From: an uncultured Micavibrio sp.
GTDB taxonomy: Bacteria > Pseudomonadota > Alphaproteobacteria > Micavibrionales > UBA1664
Length of the DNA: 64,000 nucleotides
NCBI GenBank assembly: GCA_964350795.1
Contig: CAYGLI010000003.1
Location: 272-64,271 of the forward strand
Direction of reading: 5' to 3'
A model generated the notes under the pieces. It saw nothing but the letters and a program-made list of their open reading frames with translations, did not search any database and was not told the DNA's origin. The position numbers and the translations under genes were made by a program. This document shows, piece after piece, positions 8,955 to 18,836 of this stretch (position 1 is the first letter of the stretch; each line of letters begins with the position of its first letter).

Positions 8955-10004
8955 TTAAATATGTTCTTTAACCCATGGTGCAATATCATTCAATGGTAAA
9001 ACCGCACTGCATAACCCTTGTGTCGCAACCGACCCCGGCATGCCCCAAACAACACTTGTTGCCTCGTCTTGGGCAACACAATACCCACCAGATTCAATTA
9101 TTTTTCTTGCACCCTCTGTGCCGTCCTGTCCCATACCCGTTAAAATAACGGATAATATTTTTCCACTATAGTATTTTTCCAGTGATCGACACATCGGATC
9201 AACCGCTGGCTTACAAAAATTTTCTTGTGGACCGTCAGTCAAATTCACAACCACCTGCCCCATTGAATTTTTTGTAAATTCCATATGTTTACCGCCAGGC
9301 GCAAGTAACGCCTTCCCTTTTTCAAGAGGCATACCCGATTCGGCTTCGGCACATTCAAAACCTGCTTGTGATGAAATATGTTTGGCCAATAATGTTGTAA
9401 ATGTTGGTGGCATATGTTGTGTAATCACAACAGGTAAATTAATCCCTTTTAATTGTTTCATAAATTCAAACAGAGCCTGTGGACCACCCGTTGAACTGCC
9501 TACTGCAACAACTGATGCATGCCAATGCAAGGGTGGCTTTGCCCTTAAAACAACTTCATTTTTATACAATTTTGGTTTGGCCGTATCATCCGATTTGATA
9601 GTGCCTTTAATATTTTTAACCAGACGTAAAAGATGCTCTTTAAATTCTGCTGAACCACTCACCTGGCCTGCGCTTGTTGGTTTTGCAATATAATCAATCG
9701 CACCAATTTTCATGGCACGCATTGTAATTTCCGCATTATCAACACTTAATGTTGAACACATAATCACCTTGGCCTTGCGGTCGTGTTTGATGATTTCACC
9801 CAATGCGGTGATGCCGTCCATAACGGGCATTTCAATATCCATGATCACAACATCGGGTTTGTGCTCTTTATAGGCATCGACACCTTTTTGACCATCTGAG
9901 GCGGATGCAACCAATTCAATCGCGTCATCCCCCTCAAGGATACGCGATATAATTCCGCGAATGACCGCGGAATCATCAACGTGAAGAACGCGAATTTTGG
10001 CCAT
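8955..10004 (-). CDS. cheB: protein-glutamate methylesterase/glutaminase CheB
   Basis: N-terminal REC domain (VLHVDDS...DVVIMDIEMPVMDG) plus an esterase domain (GSSTGGPQAL, GMGQDG). Confidence 0.92.
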   Translation of the reverse strand: MAKIRVLHVDDSAVIRGIISRILEGDDAIELVASASDGQKGVDAYKEHKPDVVIMDIEMPVMDGITALGEIIKHDRKAKVIMCSTLSVDNAEITMRAMKIGAIDYIAKPTSAGQVSGSAEFKEHLLRLVKNIKGTIKSDDTAKPKLYKNEVVLRAKPPLHWHASVVAVGSSTGGPQALFEFMKQLKGINLPVVITQHMPPTFTTLLAKHISSQAGFECAEAESGMPLEKGKALLAPGGKHMEFTKNSMGQVVVNLTDGPQENFCKPAVDPMCRSLEKYYSGKILSVILTGMGQDGTEGARKIIESGGYCVAQDEATSVVWGMPGSVATQGLCSAVLPLNDIAPWVKEHI

Positions 10005-10369
10005 TAAACAAGGCCAACTTGTTGGAATTTTGTTTGTACAATATCGCTGTCGAATGGTTTCATAATATATTCATTTGCCCCGGCCTGAAGCGCACGTTGA
10101 ATAAATTCCATGTCATTTTCCGTTGTGCAAAAAATAACTTTTGGATCACTCCCGTTTGGCTCTTTACGCAGCGCCTCTAAAAATTCAATCCCTGTCATAT
10201 TGGGCATATTCCAATCTAATAACACACAGGTCGGCATGGCCTTTCGGCATTCAGCCAGTGCAAAAACGCCATCTTCGGCTTCAATGGCTTGAAATCCTAA
10301 ATCCTCAACAATACGACGAGCGACCTTTCGCACAACGCGGCTATCATCTACAACAAGACATGTTTTCAT
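10004..10369 (-). CDS. cheY: chemotaxis response regulator CheY
   Basis: 121-aa single REC domain (LVVDDS...LLDWNMPNMTG...KP) inside the che operon. Confidence 0.88.
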   Translation of the reverse strand: MKTCLVVDDSRVVRKVARRIVEDLGFQAIEAEDGVFALAECRKAMPTCVLLDWNMPNMTGIEFLEALRKEPNGSDPKVIFCTTENDMEFIQRALQAGANEYIMKPFDSDIVQTKFQQVGLV

Positions 10370-10396
10370 TTTTATTCTTCCCTTTATTTAAAATAA

Positions 10397-10894
10397 TTAG
10401 TGTACAGATTCCAAAAGTTTTGAGACATCTAAGATCAGCATTAATTGTTTTTCTGTACGGAATATCCCTGTTGAAATATCACGCCATAATTCATCCAATG
10501 TTGGCGGATTATCTTTCACGTCATGATCTTTGATCGAAATAACATCACCAACGCGGTCGATAACCAAACTATATAATTCTGAATTATGCTCCACCACCAC
10601 ACTTAATGGTGGTTTTTCACCTTCATATTTACCTAACCCCAAACGTTGGCGAACGTTAATTGCCGTCACAATGCGCCCACGAAGATTTAACGCTCCCGAC
10701 ACCTCTGGTGGCGCCAATGGAACACGTGTAAAAGCTATATTACCAAGAACATCCTGAATTTGCAAAACAGGGACACCAAATATTTGATCATCCAAATAAA
10801 TCACCAGATAATCTGATGTCGGGTCAGTGTCATCCGTTAAGCCCAATCTTTTTCGTTTAAAATTTGTGACTTCGCCACCTAAACTTGTGCTCAT
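10397..10894 (-). CDS. cheW: chemotaxis coupling protein CheW
   Basis: 165 aa with a CheW-like domain (FGVPVLQIQDVL...NLRGRIVTAINVRQRLGL). The start overlaps the cheA stop (ATGA). Confidence 0.88.
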   Translation of the reverse strand: MSTSLGGEVTNFKRKRLGLTDDTDPTSDYLVIYLDDQIFGVPVLQIQDVLGNIAFTRVPLAPPEVSGALNLRGRIVTAINVRQRLGLGKYEGEKPPLSVVVEHNSELYSLVIDRVGDVISIKDHDVKDNPPTLDELWRDISTGIFRTEKQLMLILDVSKLLESVH

Positions 10895-13635
10895 GATGCA
10901 ACTCCCGCCTTATCCTCTAATAATTTCGCATTTCGCAATGTATCTGATAATGCATTCAACAATGTCTCGCGATCAAATTTAGCCACATATTCTTGGAAAC
11001 CAACTTTAGCCCCTCGCGCTATATCTTTTTCCGTTGCATGTGACGTTAATGCAATCAATGGAACATTTGACCAACGGCTGCTTTTTAATTTTTCGGCAAA
11101 GTCAAATCCGTTCATTTCCGGCATTTCAATGTCACTAACAATCACATCAAAATGCTCGCCCTTTTCTAAAATTTCCATTGCCTCGATTGGATGTTCCGCC
11201 GTTTCCACGGAATATCCTGCAACACCTAAAATTGGCGCCAGCATATTTCTAAAAAACGGGCTATCATCAACAATTAAAATGCGTTTTTGTGTATCCATCA
11301 AATCTGGATTTTCAGAAAAATCTTCTATTCCATGATCGGCAAACCAATCACCATAAGCCTGCCCCAAATAATACCCAACATTAATAACATCGGTTGCCTT
11401 ACCCTGAATAATCGCACTACCCAAACAAGTTTCATTATCAGAATTAATTTGAACATTGATGTAGTCTTCTAAAATATCAATAATATTTGTGACCATCAAA
11501 CCCATGGAACGACGACCATCCGTGAACACCAATGTTGGTTGATTACCTTTGGATTTCAACTCCATTGACTCTTCAAATTTAATAAGCGGCATTAATGAGT
11601 TACGATACTGAATCAACATCTTACCATTTGAATATTCGATTTTTGATAAATCAACATCTTCCAACCTTGAAACCAATTGCAATGGAACGGCTCTGGGCAC
11701 ACCACCCTGACCTTCAAATAATATAAGTGATGTTTTCTGAAGTCCTTTATTTTTCTGAACTTCTTCTTTTTTCTCGGCGGTGTCAGACACATTAATATCA
11801 CCCGTTGCGCGCGCAATTCCACCTGGATCAAGAATCATAATCACCGTTCCATCACCCAAAATTGTATTCCCAGAAAATAATTCAATATGTTTGATAATGC
11901 TTGCGACTGGCTTCACAACAATTTCTTCGGTGTCATAAACCTTATCAACGACAATACCAAAATTATAGGCACCGACCTTTGCGACAACAATATATTGGTT
12001 ATCATTAACAGGTTTTAAATTTTCAACAGGTTCATCATCCGATGGAACCGTTTTTAATTTCAAAAGATCATCTAAATAAACAAGCGGAAGCAAGTGATCC
12101 CGCAGCCTATAAACAGGCGACCCCTTTATCATTTCAATTTTATTGACACCGTTTGACGACGCCATCACCAACTCCTGAACCGCCAATTGCGGAATGGCAA
12201 ATCGTTCATGCGATGATTCAACGATCAACGCCGATACAATCGCCAAGGTCAATGGAATTTTAATCGCAACCGTTGTACCCTCACCCTCAACCGAATCCAA
12301 ATCAATCGTACCACCGATTTTTTCAATATTGGTGCGCACAACATCCATCCCAACACCACGACCAGAAACCGCCGTTACGGCAGCCGCCGTAGAAAATCCA
12401 GCCGCAAAAATAAATTGATTTATCTGTTTGGGGGTCATTGCATTCAATTCTTCTTCGGTTGCAATACCATTTTCAATTGCTTTTTCACGAATGCGCGACG
12501 TGTTTAACCCCTTACCATCATCTTTAATTTCCATGATAATATGCCCACCTTCGTGATACGCATTCAGGATAATTGTTCCCGTTTCTGGTTTACCAACCGC
12601 CGCGCGATCTTCTGGGTTTTCAATACCATGATCAGCCGAATTGCGAACCATATGCGTTAAGGGGTCTTTGATTAAATCTAATACTTGACGATCTAATTCC
12701 GTCTCTTCACCATTCATTTGAAGGTCAATTTTTTTGCCCAATTCAATCGAGATATCACGAATAATCCGCGGCAATTTCGCCCATGCATTGCCCACAGGTT
12801 GCATGCGGGTTTTCATCACACCCTCCTGAAGATCGGAGACAACATGATTAAGACGTTGTAATGGTGCGGTAAATTGTTCGTCCTTGGCGTTGCGTAAAAT
12901 TTGCATCAATTGATTTCGAGTTAGAACCAATTCAGAGACCATGGTCATCAGATTTTCCAACACATCCACATTCACACGCAATGATTGAACGGGTACATTT
13001 GGTTTTCCCTGTACCACAGGCGCAATCTCTTTTTCCACAACAACAGCTGGTGCCTTCACCTCTTCCGCTTTGGATTGTTCAACAGGTTCACCCATATCCA
13101 CATCAGGAACGGAATCAAACGCAGCCTGCAAAACCGCGATATCATAATCACTCAACCCACCTTCATTCGCGGGGTTCGGATCACGCGATAGGCTTTCAAT
13201 ATCATTCGGATCGCTTGGCTCGGATTCCACTGACTCGGATACCCCCGCACCAACTTCGCGGCCTTCGTAAACAGCGTCTAATTTTTCAATAAGTCCCGCG
13301 TCATTACCCTCTGGTTCTGCACCATGCGCCTCCAACTCACTAATAATATATTTAATCTGGTCAACGGATTCTAAAATAAGGGTGACGTATTCTTCCTTAA
13401 CCTCTAAATCCCCATCACGGAAACGGCCCATCACGTTTTCACCATGATGCGCCAATTTTTCCAATCTACCCAGACCAAGAAAACCACATGTTCCCTTGAT
13501 TGTGTGCACCAAACGAAACAAATTCCCGATGATGGCTTTATCATTCGGGTTTTGCTCCAGCGCAATAAGGTCGTTGTCAATCAGCCCAAGGCTTTCATTG
13601 GTTTCCGCAATAAACTCAACAACTAAATCGTCCAT
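10891..13635 (-). CDS. cheA: chemotaxis histidine kinase CheA with C-terminal receiver domain (CheA-REC hybrid)
   Basis: 914 aa. Contains HPt (HTIKGTCGFLG), HATPase (DHGIE, GRGVGMDVV), a CheW-like domain, and a C-terminal REC (ILIVDDS...VSDIEMPEMNG). Confidence 0.92.
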   Translation of the reverse strand: MDDLVVEFIAETNESLGLIDNDLIALEQNPNDKAIIGNLFRLVHTIKGTCGFLGLGRLEKLAHHGENVMGRFRDGDLEVKEEYVTLILESVDQIKYIISELEAHGAEPEGNDAGLIEKLDAVYEGREVGAGVSESVESEPSDPNDIESLSRDPNPANEGGLSDYDIAVLQAAFDSVPDVDMGEPVEQSKAEEVKAPAVVVEKEIAPVVQGKPNVPVQSLRVNVDVLENLMTMVSELVLTRNQLMQILRNAKDEQFTAPLQRLNHVVSDLQEGVMKTRMQPVGNAWAKLPRIIRDISIELGKKIDLQMNGEETELDRQVLDLIKDPLTHMVRNSADHGIENPEDRAAVGKPETGTIILNAYHEGGHIIMEIKDDGKGLNTSRIREKAIENGIATEEELNAMTPKQINQFIFAAGFSTAAAVTAVSGRGVGMDVVRTNIEKIGGTIDLDSVEGEGTTVAIKIPLTLAIVSALIVESSHERFAIPQLAVQELVMASSNGVNKIEMIKGSPVYRLRDHLLPLVYLDDLLKLKTVPSDDEPVENLKPVNDNQYIVVAKVGAYNFGIVVDKVYDTEEIVVKPVASIIKHIELFSGNTILGDGTVIMILDPGGIARATGDINVSDTAEKKEEVQKNKGLQKTSLILFEGQGGVPRAVPLQLVSRLEDVDLSKIEYSNGKMLIQYRNSLMPLIKFEESMELKSKGNQPTLVFTDGRRSMGLMVTNIIDILEDYINVQINSDNETCLGSAIIQGKATDVINVGYYLGQAYGDWFADHGIEDFSENPDLMDTQKRILIVDDSPFFRNMLAPILGVAGYSVETAEHPIEAMEILEKGEHFDVIVSDIEMPEMNGFDFAEKLKSSRWSNVPLIALTSHATEKDIARGAKVGFQEYVAKFDRETLLNALSDTLRNAKLLEDKAGVAS

Positions 13636-13765
13636 ACTCTATTTTTTCCCACTAACATTGTACGTTCAAGAATCATATCGTGTTCAAACGCATAAGGCTA
13701 TGCCCAAAAAGATGCTTATTTAAACATCGTAATGATTAAATCTTAACAAACAGATAAAAGAGCGA

Positions 13766-14398
13766 TTAAACCGATAATGTCATGTGGATATGCGTGTCAG
13801 TCACGTCACAGGTCACGGCCAAACCAAATAAATCGCCATAGGCACGGGTGACATACCCGTGAATTGCCTTTGGCGTTAGATCATCAATCGATACGGATGC
13901 ATTCATGGCCTCGACCGATCCCTCTTTTGGTTTAATCGTTTCCCCAACACCCCTAACATGCATTGCACCATCAACCATTGTGATGGAAACCACACCGCCC
14001 TTTGGCATGGCCTCTTGCACAAATACCATCATGTTTAATAATGTTTTCATGTATCCTGCGGGCAAATCAACATCAGGAATATCATTCATCAAATCCCATT
14101 CCATCGTGCACTTTGTGCCCGCAATATAATTTTGAAATGTTTCATAAATCATTTTTCCCGAAACCTTTGAATCACTTCCACCCGCGCCATAACACATGCG
14201 GAATAGTTGCAGGCGAACCGATGCCTGACGCGCCGAATGTTCAATCAACCCCAACCCATCGGCAAGACCATCCGCGCCCATATCGGTTAAAAATTCAATC
14301 CCATTATTCACTGCGCCCACAGGGGACACAAGATCATGACAGATTTTGGATATCAAAATTTCAGATGCACGCGTTGGAATTGAATGGTCTAGATTCAT
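13766..14398 (-). CDS. chpT: histidine phosphotransferase ChpT-like protein
   Basis: 210 aa. SKICHDLVSPVGAVNNGIEFL ... HSARQASVRLQLFRMCYGAGGS parallels Caulobacter ChpT (CHDFISPASAI ... FTRVAFGASAS) from memory. Confidence 0.65.
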   Translation of the reverse strand: MNLDHSIPTRASEILISKICHDLVSPVGAVNNGIEFLTDMGADGLADGLGLIEHSARQASVRLQLFRMCYGAGGSDSKVSGKMIYETFQNYIAGTKCTMEWDLMNDIPDVDLPAGYMKTLLNMMVFVQEAMPKGGVVSITMVDGAMHVRGVGETIKPKEGSVEAMNASVSIDDLTPKAIHGYVTRAYGDLFGLAVTCDVTDTHIHMTLSV

Positions 14399-14463
14399 GG
14401 AATTAACTCCTTATTGATTTTTTAAAAGGCTATCACGGTCATTTTATGATGTCACCACCATGA

Positions 14464-14488
14464 TTAACGTACGTTAACGATTTGTTAA
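14464..14488. promoter_or_regulatory. TTAACGTACGTTAA palindrome overlapping a TTAA-N7-TTAA (CtrA-box-like) site
   Basis: TTAA occurs at 14464, 14474 and 14485. The first pair (N6) forms a perfect 14-bp palindrome. The second pair has the N7 spacing of the CtrA consensus. The site lies between divergent chpT and flhF. Confidence 0.45.
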
Positions 14489-14556
14489 GAATTATGGGTA
14501 GACAGTTGATTCGCGAATATTCATACTGAATTGGTGATTCTATTGTATAATAAACT

Positions 14557-15651
14557 ATGCGCCTAAAAACATTCTATGCAAAAAACATGACAGAAGCGAT
14601 GAAACAAGTCCGCGATACCCTTGGGGAAGACGCTATTATTATCGCCACGCGCGATGAGAATGGCGGTAAATCCGTGCGTGTTACCGCCGCCATCGAGCAA
14701 ATGGACGATTTGCCCGACCCTTATCCGCATGATTACGAACCCATCGCGACCAGAGGCGGGCAGTCCGTACCGAAATTTTCAAACGATACGCCAAATTATT
14801 TGCAATATGATGTCGAAGATGAATTTGAGGGGCAACTAACCGAACAATTAACCGATGTGATGTTACGACATGTTGTGCCCAATGATGTGATGGATAATAT
14901 TTTGGCCACGGCGGCAATGACGGGTTTAGGCAATGCCGAATCCGCACTTGCGGCCGCGCTTGATCATTTATTTGATTTTGTCCCGTTGCCTACCAAAACG
15001 CGAAAGGCCATTATGTTGGTCGGCCCACCAGGCACAGGAAAAACATTAATGGTTGCGAAAATGGCAACGCAGGCCGTAATGAACGGATTAAACATTGCCG
15101 TTATCACCACCGACACGGTTCGTGCAGGCGGAATAGAACAATTACAGGCCTTTACAAAAATATTAAAAGTGCCGTTGCAAAAGGCAAAAACACGCGATGA
15201 TTTGAACAAGGTTCTTGGTCAATGCACGGGGCATGATTTGATATTGATTGATACCGCAGGGACAAACCCCCACGACCCAGATGACATGGCACGCATTGCA
15301 CGATTGAGCGATGCCGGAAATATTGAACCTGTCCTTGCGCTCACCGCCGGAATGGATGCCGAGGAATCATCCGAAATCGCACGCAGTTTCGCCCTGTTGG
15401 GTGTTAAACGTATGTTGGCCACACGGTTGGATATTGCCCGCCGTTTGGGTGGCATATTGTCAGGCGCGCAAAAAGGTGGCTTATCCTTTTGCGATATCAG
15501 CTTTACACCAAAGGTCACGGACGGTATTTCACAATTAAACGCATCGACTTTGGCGGGGCTTTTAATTAATCCAGACAAGGCGTTAAAGTCTTTTCTTAAA
15601 CCAATTTCACAAAACCAATCTCAACGCAAAAGCGCAGGACGGATGTCATGA
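14557..15651 (+). CDS. flhF: flagellar biosynthesis GTPase FlhF
   Basis: 364 aa. SRP-type GTPase motifs LVGPPGTGKT and DTAGTNPHD, with an FlhF-like N-terminus (MRLKTFYAKNMTEAMKQVRDTLGEDAIII). Confidence 0.85.
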   Translation: MRLKTFYAKNMTEAMKQVRDTLGEDAIIIATRDENGGKSVRVTAAIEQMDDLPDPYPHDYEPIATRGGQSVPKFSNDTPNYLQYDVEDEFEGQLTEQLTDVMLRHVVPNDVMDNILATAAMTGLGNAESALAAALDHLFDFVPLPTKTRKAIMLVGPPGTGKTLMVAKMATQAVMNGLNIAVITTDTVRAGGIEQLQAFTKILKVPLQKAKTRDDLNKVLGQCTGHDLILIDTAGTNPHDPDDMARIARLSDAGNIEPVLALTAGMDAEESSEIARSFALLGVKRMLATRLDIARRLGGILSGAQKGGLSFCDISFTPKVTDGISQLNASTLAGLLINPDKALKSFLKPISQNQSQRKSAGRMS

Positions 15652-16469
15652 ATAAATTGCCCGAAACATCAAACGATCAACCCCAAACAAAGATGACTTT
15701 CCCCCAAGGAAAAAACATTATTGCCGTCGCAAGCGGTAAGGGCGGCGTTGGGAAAACATGGTTTTCCGTCACACTCACTCACGCGCTGGCTCGGTCAGGG
15801 AAAAAAGTCTTGTTATTTGATGGTGATTTGGGATTGGCGAATGTGGACGTGCAATTAGGCTTAATGCCAAAACGCGATTTAAATGATGTTATCCGCGGAC
15901 GGTTAAGCTTGGACAAGGTTGTTCAACGATACGAAGAAGGTGGATTTGATATTATCGCGGGACGTTCGGGTCAGGCATCCCTCTCCGCGCTCCCATCCCA
16001 ACGCCTTGCCATGTTGCGCGATCAAATTATTGATATCGCAAAGGATTATGACGTTGTTATCATTGACCTTGGTGCAGGCGTTGACCGCACGGTGCGTATG
16101 ATGTCGGCCTCCGCCCTTCGTACATTATTGGTCTCCACCGATGAACCAACATCATTGACCGATGCCTATGCCTTTATCAAATTAGGCGCGGCGGCGGGCA
16201 TGTCAAAACGTGTCAGCATTGTCGCAAACCAAGCCGCCAATACAATTGAGGGTGAAAAAACATATAAGACATTGTTAAAAGCATGCGAAAATTTCTTACG
16301 CCTCACACCCCCATTAGCGGGGATTGTCCGCCAAGACCCGCGGGTGAAAGATTGCATTCGGTCACAAACACCAATCTTGACAAGATCGCCCAATACAGAG
16401 GCCGCGCAGGATGTAGAAAAAATCGCAGCGTATGTAGAAAGTTTGATTAAAAAGGCCGCGGTGGGTTAG
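15648..16469 (+). CDS. flhG: MinD/ParA-family ATPase FlhG (FleN-like flagellar number regulator)
   Basis: Deviant Walker A (VASGKGGVGKTW). Directly coupled to flhF by a 4-nt overlap. Confidence 0.75.
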   Translation: MNKLPETSNDQPQTKMTFPQGKNIIAVASGKGGVGKTWFSVTLTHALARSGKKVLLFDGDLGLANVDVQLGLMPKRDLNDVIRGRLSLDKVVQRYEEGGFDIIAGRSGQASLSALPSQRLAMLRDQIIDIAKDYDVVIIDLGAGVDRTVRMMSASALRTLLVSTDEPTSLTDAYAFIKLGAAAGMSKRVSIVANQAANTIEGEKTYKTLLKACENFLRLTPPLAGIVRQDPRVKDCIRSQTPILTRSPNTEAAQDVEKIAAYVESLIKKAAVG

Positions 16470-16729
16470 GAAGGAAATCGCAACATTCTGCTAGGATTTT
16501 TTTGTATTAAATTATAGGCCGCACCAGCCAATATCGCGGTGGTTGTCCCTACACCGCCCAAACCAGCAATTACGACACCTGCATTTTTTAAACTATTCTG
16601 TACAACATCAAGCCCTTGTCCTGACATAGCAATTTCAATAAAAGTTCCCATGCCAGCGACAGCGAAACCAAACGCCATTGTGGCTGAACAACCAACGAGT
16701 ACACTTGTGAAAATTTTTTGCTTGTCCAT
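16466..16729 (-). CDS. hypothetical small glycine-rich membrane protein (87 aa)
   Basis: Two hydrophobic Gly/Ala-rich segments and no recognised family. Convergent 4-nt overlap with flhG. Confidence 0.35.
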   Translation of the reverse strand: MDKQKIFTSVLVGCSATMAFGFAVAGMGTFIEIAMSGQGLDVVQNSLKNAGVVIAGLGGVGTTTAILAGAAYNLIQKNPSRMLRFPS

Positions 16730-16859
16730 AATTTTTTCCTTTTCTTATTCATATTTAGCATACGGATAAATATGACGCAACAATTCCTTAGTGTCTTTGC
16801 GCCTTCCTTTCGGAGACACAATACTCTCATTATTTTATATTCTATGATATCCTAATCGA

Positions 16860-18836
16860 ATGAACACCATTAACCCTTATGGGTCATATATATTGCAGGG
16901 TTTGTATGCGAATAACGGCGCGTCTACCGCCGTTCAATCGGCACAAATTTTGGATGTTCCAACCACACTCAGAAATCTGGCGACCTCTCTGATATTAAAA
17001 GGTGAAGTCACACAAAACAGGTCTGATGGATCATCGGTCATTACAACACCACGAGGCGACGTGAATGTGCGATTGCAATCGCCATTGCCAACGGGGTCGC
17101 GGGTTGATATTCAAATCCCCAGCGGGCAATCACCCAAGGATGCCATCATCCAACCCACATTGGTAAAGGCCGTTCAACAAAATCAAAATGCTCAACAACC
17201 CCAACCGCAACAACAACAAGCACAAAGTCAGCCTGTTCAGGTGCAAACGCAAACCGTGCAATCGCAAATCATCACGGATGTTAAAAATTTACAATCAACG
17301 GTCACGCAGGCCACGCAAAACATTACCAACACAACATCAATATTAACAATTGGCCAGGCCGTGCGCGTCACGCCCCTCCCCATTGTTGCACAACAGAATT
17401 TTTTAACGACCGCCACCCTTACACAGCCTCAACCTATTGTGACGGCTCAATCAATATTACGGCCATCGCCTCTAACGCCCACATTGCCCTTACCACAATC
17501 AAGTGTTCCAATCATAAATAATGCGCCTATTACAACCTCAAGACCCGCACCGCAATTACCGATTACGGTGTCTTCAGCGGTTTTTCCTGCAAATAACATT
17601 GCGTTGCCTTTATCATCAGCGTCACAAACACAAGGGCAAATTAGTTTGATTACAAATGCCCCTGCCTTACCCAGACCCGTTTCATTACCCATTTCGTCTA
17701 TCACAATTACGCCTCCACAAATTCCGTCACAACCGATTGCAATTCCATTGGCTCAGGCTCTGCCAATTGGGACAATTTCAACACCGCCAACTCACAATAA
17801 TAATGTCATTATTTCAACATCACGGATTTTGCCATTACCAACACAGTCGGACGCACGTGTTACAGTCTTGCAATCACCACCGGTTCGTATCAATGCCCCA
17901 ACACCAACCCCACAAGGGGCACACATTCAACCGACAGTAACAACACCGCCACCGCCTTCATTTTCATTGACCGCACCAACAACAACCGCAGGCAATATCG
18001 TTGCCACGGTGACTGGGTTTGTTACGGACGCTGGCAACCCAATCATTCAAACAATCGGCAACAACAACCAAATTCAATATGCGACACTCAATTACCCTGC
18101 GCGCAATTTACCCGCGGGCACGCAAATCACGCTCAGCCCGATTCCATCGTCAAGCAACGTCACCATACCCGCAACCGCGCAACCATCATGGCAGGCAATG
18201 AACATCTTCATGGATGACATGACCCAATTTTTGCCGTCCGCTGTAATGCAAAATATTATGAGCCTCCTGCCCAACGTGACCCAGCCAAAATCATTTCCTG
18301 CCGCCGCATTATTGTTCCTTGCCGCGGCAAAGGGCGGTGATTTAAGTGGATGGCTGGGAAATCGAACGACAAAATTAATGGCCGAAACGCCGCAATTATC
18401 GAAAAAATTAATTGAAAATGTTATGCGTGATATCTCCACAAAAACGGGTAAAACCGCCACACCATCCGACCCACCCATGGTGCAATCATCGCCTGATTGG
18501 CGTGGGCATATTTTACCCCTATTGGTTGGTGGTGACATTCATCAAGCCATATTTTGGAATAAAGATTCCGATAATCATTCATCCCAAGACCCTGACAAAA
18601 AATCAGGAACAAGGTTTATTGTTGATTTAACCCTCTCACGCATGGGCGATATTTATTTCGATGGCTTTATCAATAAGGACAAAAAGATTTTTGACATGGT
18701 TGTGGTCAGCGAACGCGAATTGGCCAAGGGCATGCGCGATACCATCAAGACCATTTGGTATAAAACGCTTGAGGGAATGAATTTGGATGGTAATATGGAT
18801 TTCAAATTAAAGGGCACAAGGGACAAACATGCATAA
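16860..18836 (+). CDS. low-complexity P/Q/T-rich protein, possibly flagellar hook-length control protein (FliK-like)
   Basis: 658 aa with a Q-rich block and a long Pro/Thr/Ile-rich centre. The C-terminus (RFIVDLTLSRMGDIYFDGFI...VVVSERELAKGMRDTIKTIWYKTLEGMNL) loosely resembles the FliK Flg_hook domain. It sits after flhFG. Confidence 0.4.
   Translation: MNTINPYGSYILQGLYANNGASTAVQSAQILDVPTTLRNLATSLILKGEVTQNRSDGSSVITTPRGDVNVRLQSPLPTGSRVDIQIPSGQSPKDAIIQPTLVKAVQQNQNAQQPQPQQQQAQSQPVQVQTQTVQSQIITDVKNLQSTVTQATQNITNTTSILTIGQAVRVTPLPIVAQQNFLTTATLTQPQPIVTAQSILRPSPLTPTLPLPQSSVPIINNAPITTSRPAPQLPITVSSAVFPANNIALPLSSASQTQGQISLITNAPALPRPVSLPISSITITPPQIPSQPIAIPLAQALPIGTISTPPTHNNNVIISTSRILPLPTQSDARVTVLQSPPVRINAPTPTPQGAHIQPTVTTPPPPSFSLTAPTTTAGNIVATVTGFVTDAGNPIIQTIGNNNQIQYATLNYPARNLPAGTQITLSPIPSSSNVTIPATAQPSWQAMNIFMDDMTQFLPSAVMQNIMSLLPNVTQPKSFPAAALLFLAAAKGGDLSGWLGNRTTKLMAETPQLSKKLIENVMRDISTKTGKTATPSDPPMVQSSPDWRGHILPLLVGGDIHQAIFWNKDSDNHSSQDPDKKSGTRFIVDLTLSRMGDIYFDGFINKDKKIFDMVVVSERELAKGMRDTIKTIWYKTLEGMNLDGNMDFKLKGTRDKHA

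Noticed and set aside
17185-17275. CAA/CAG-rich stretch resembling a microsatellite.
   Set aside because: It is an imperfect, in-frame Gln-rich block of the low-complexity FliK-like protein, with no exact tandem unit.
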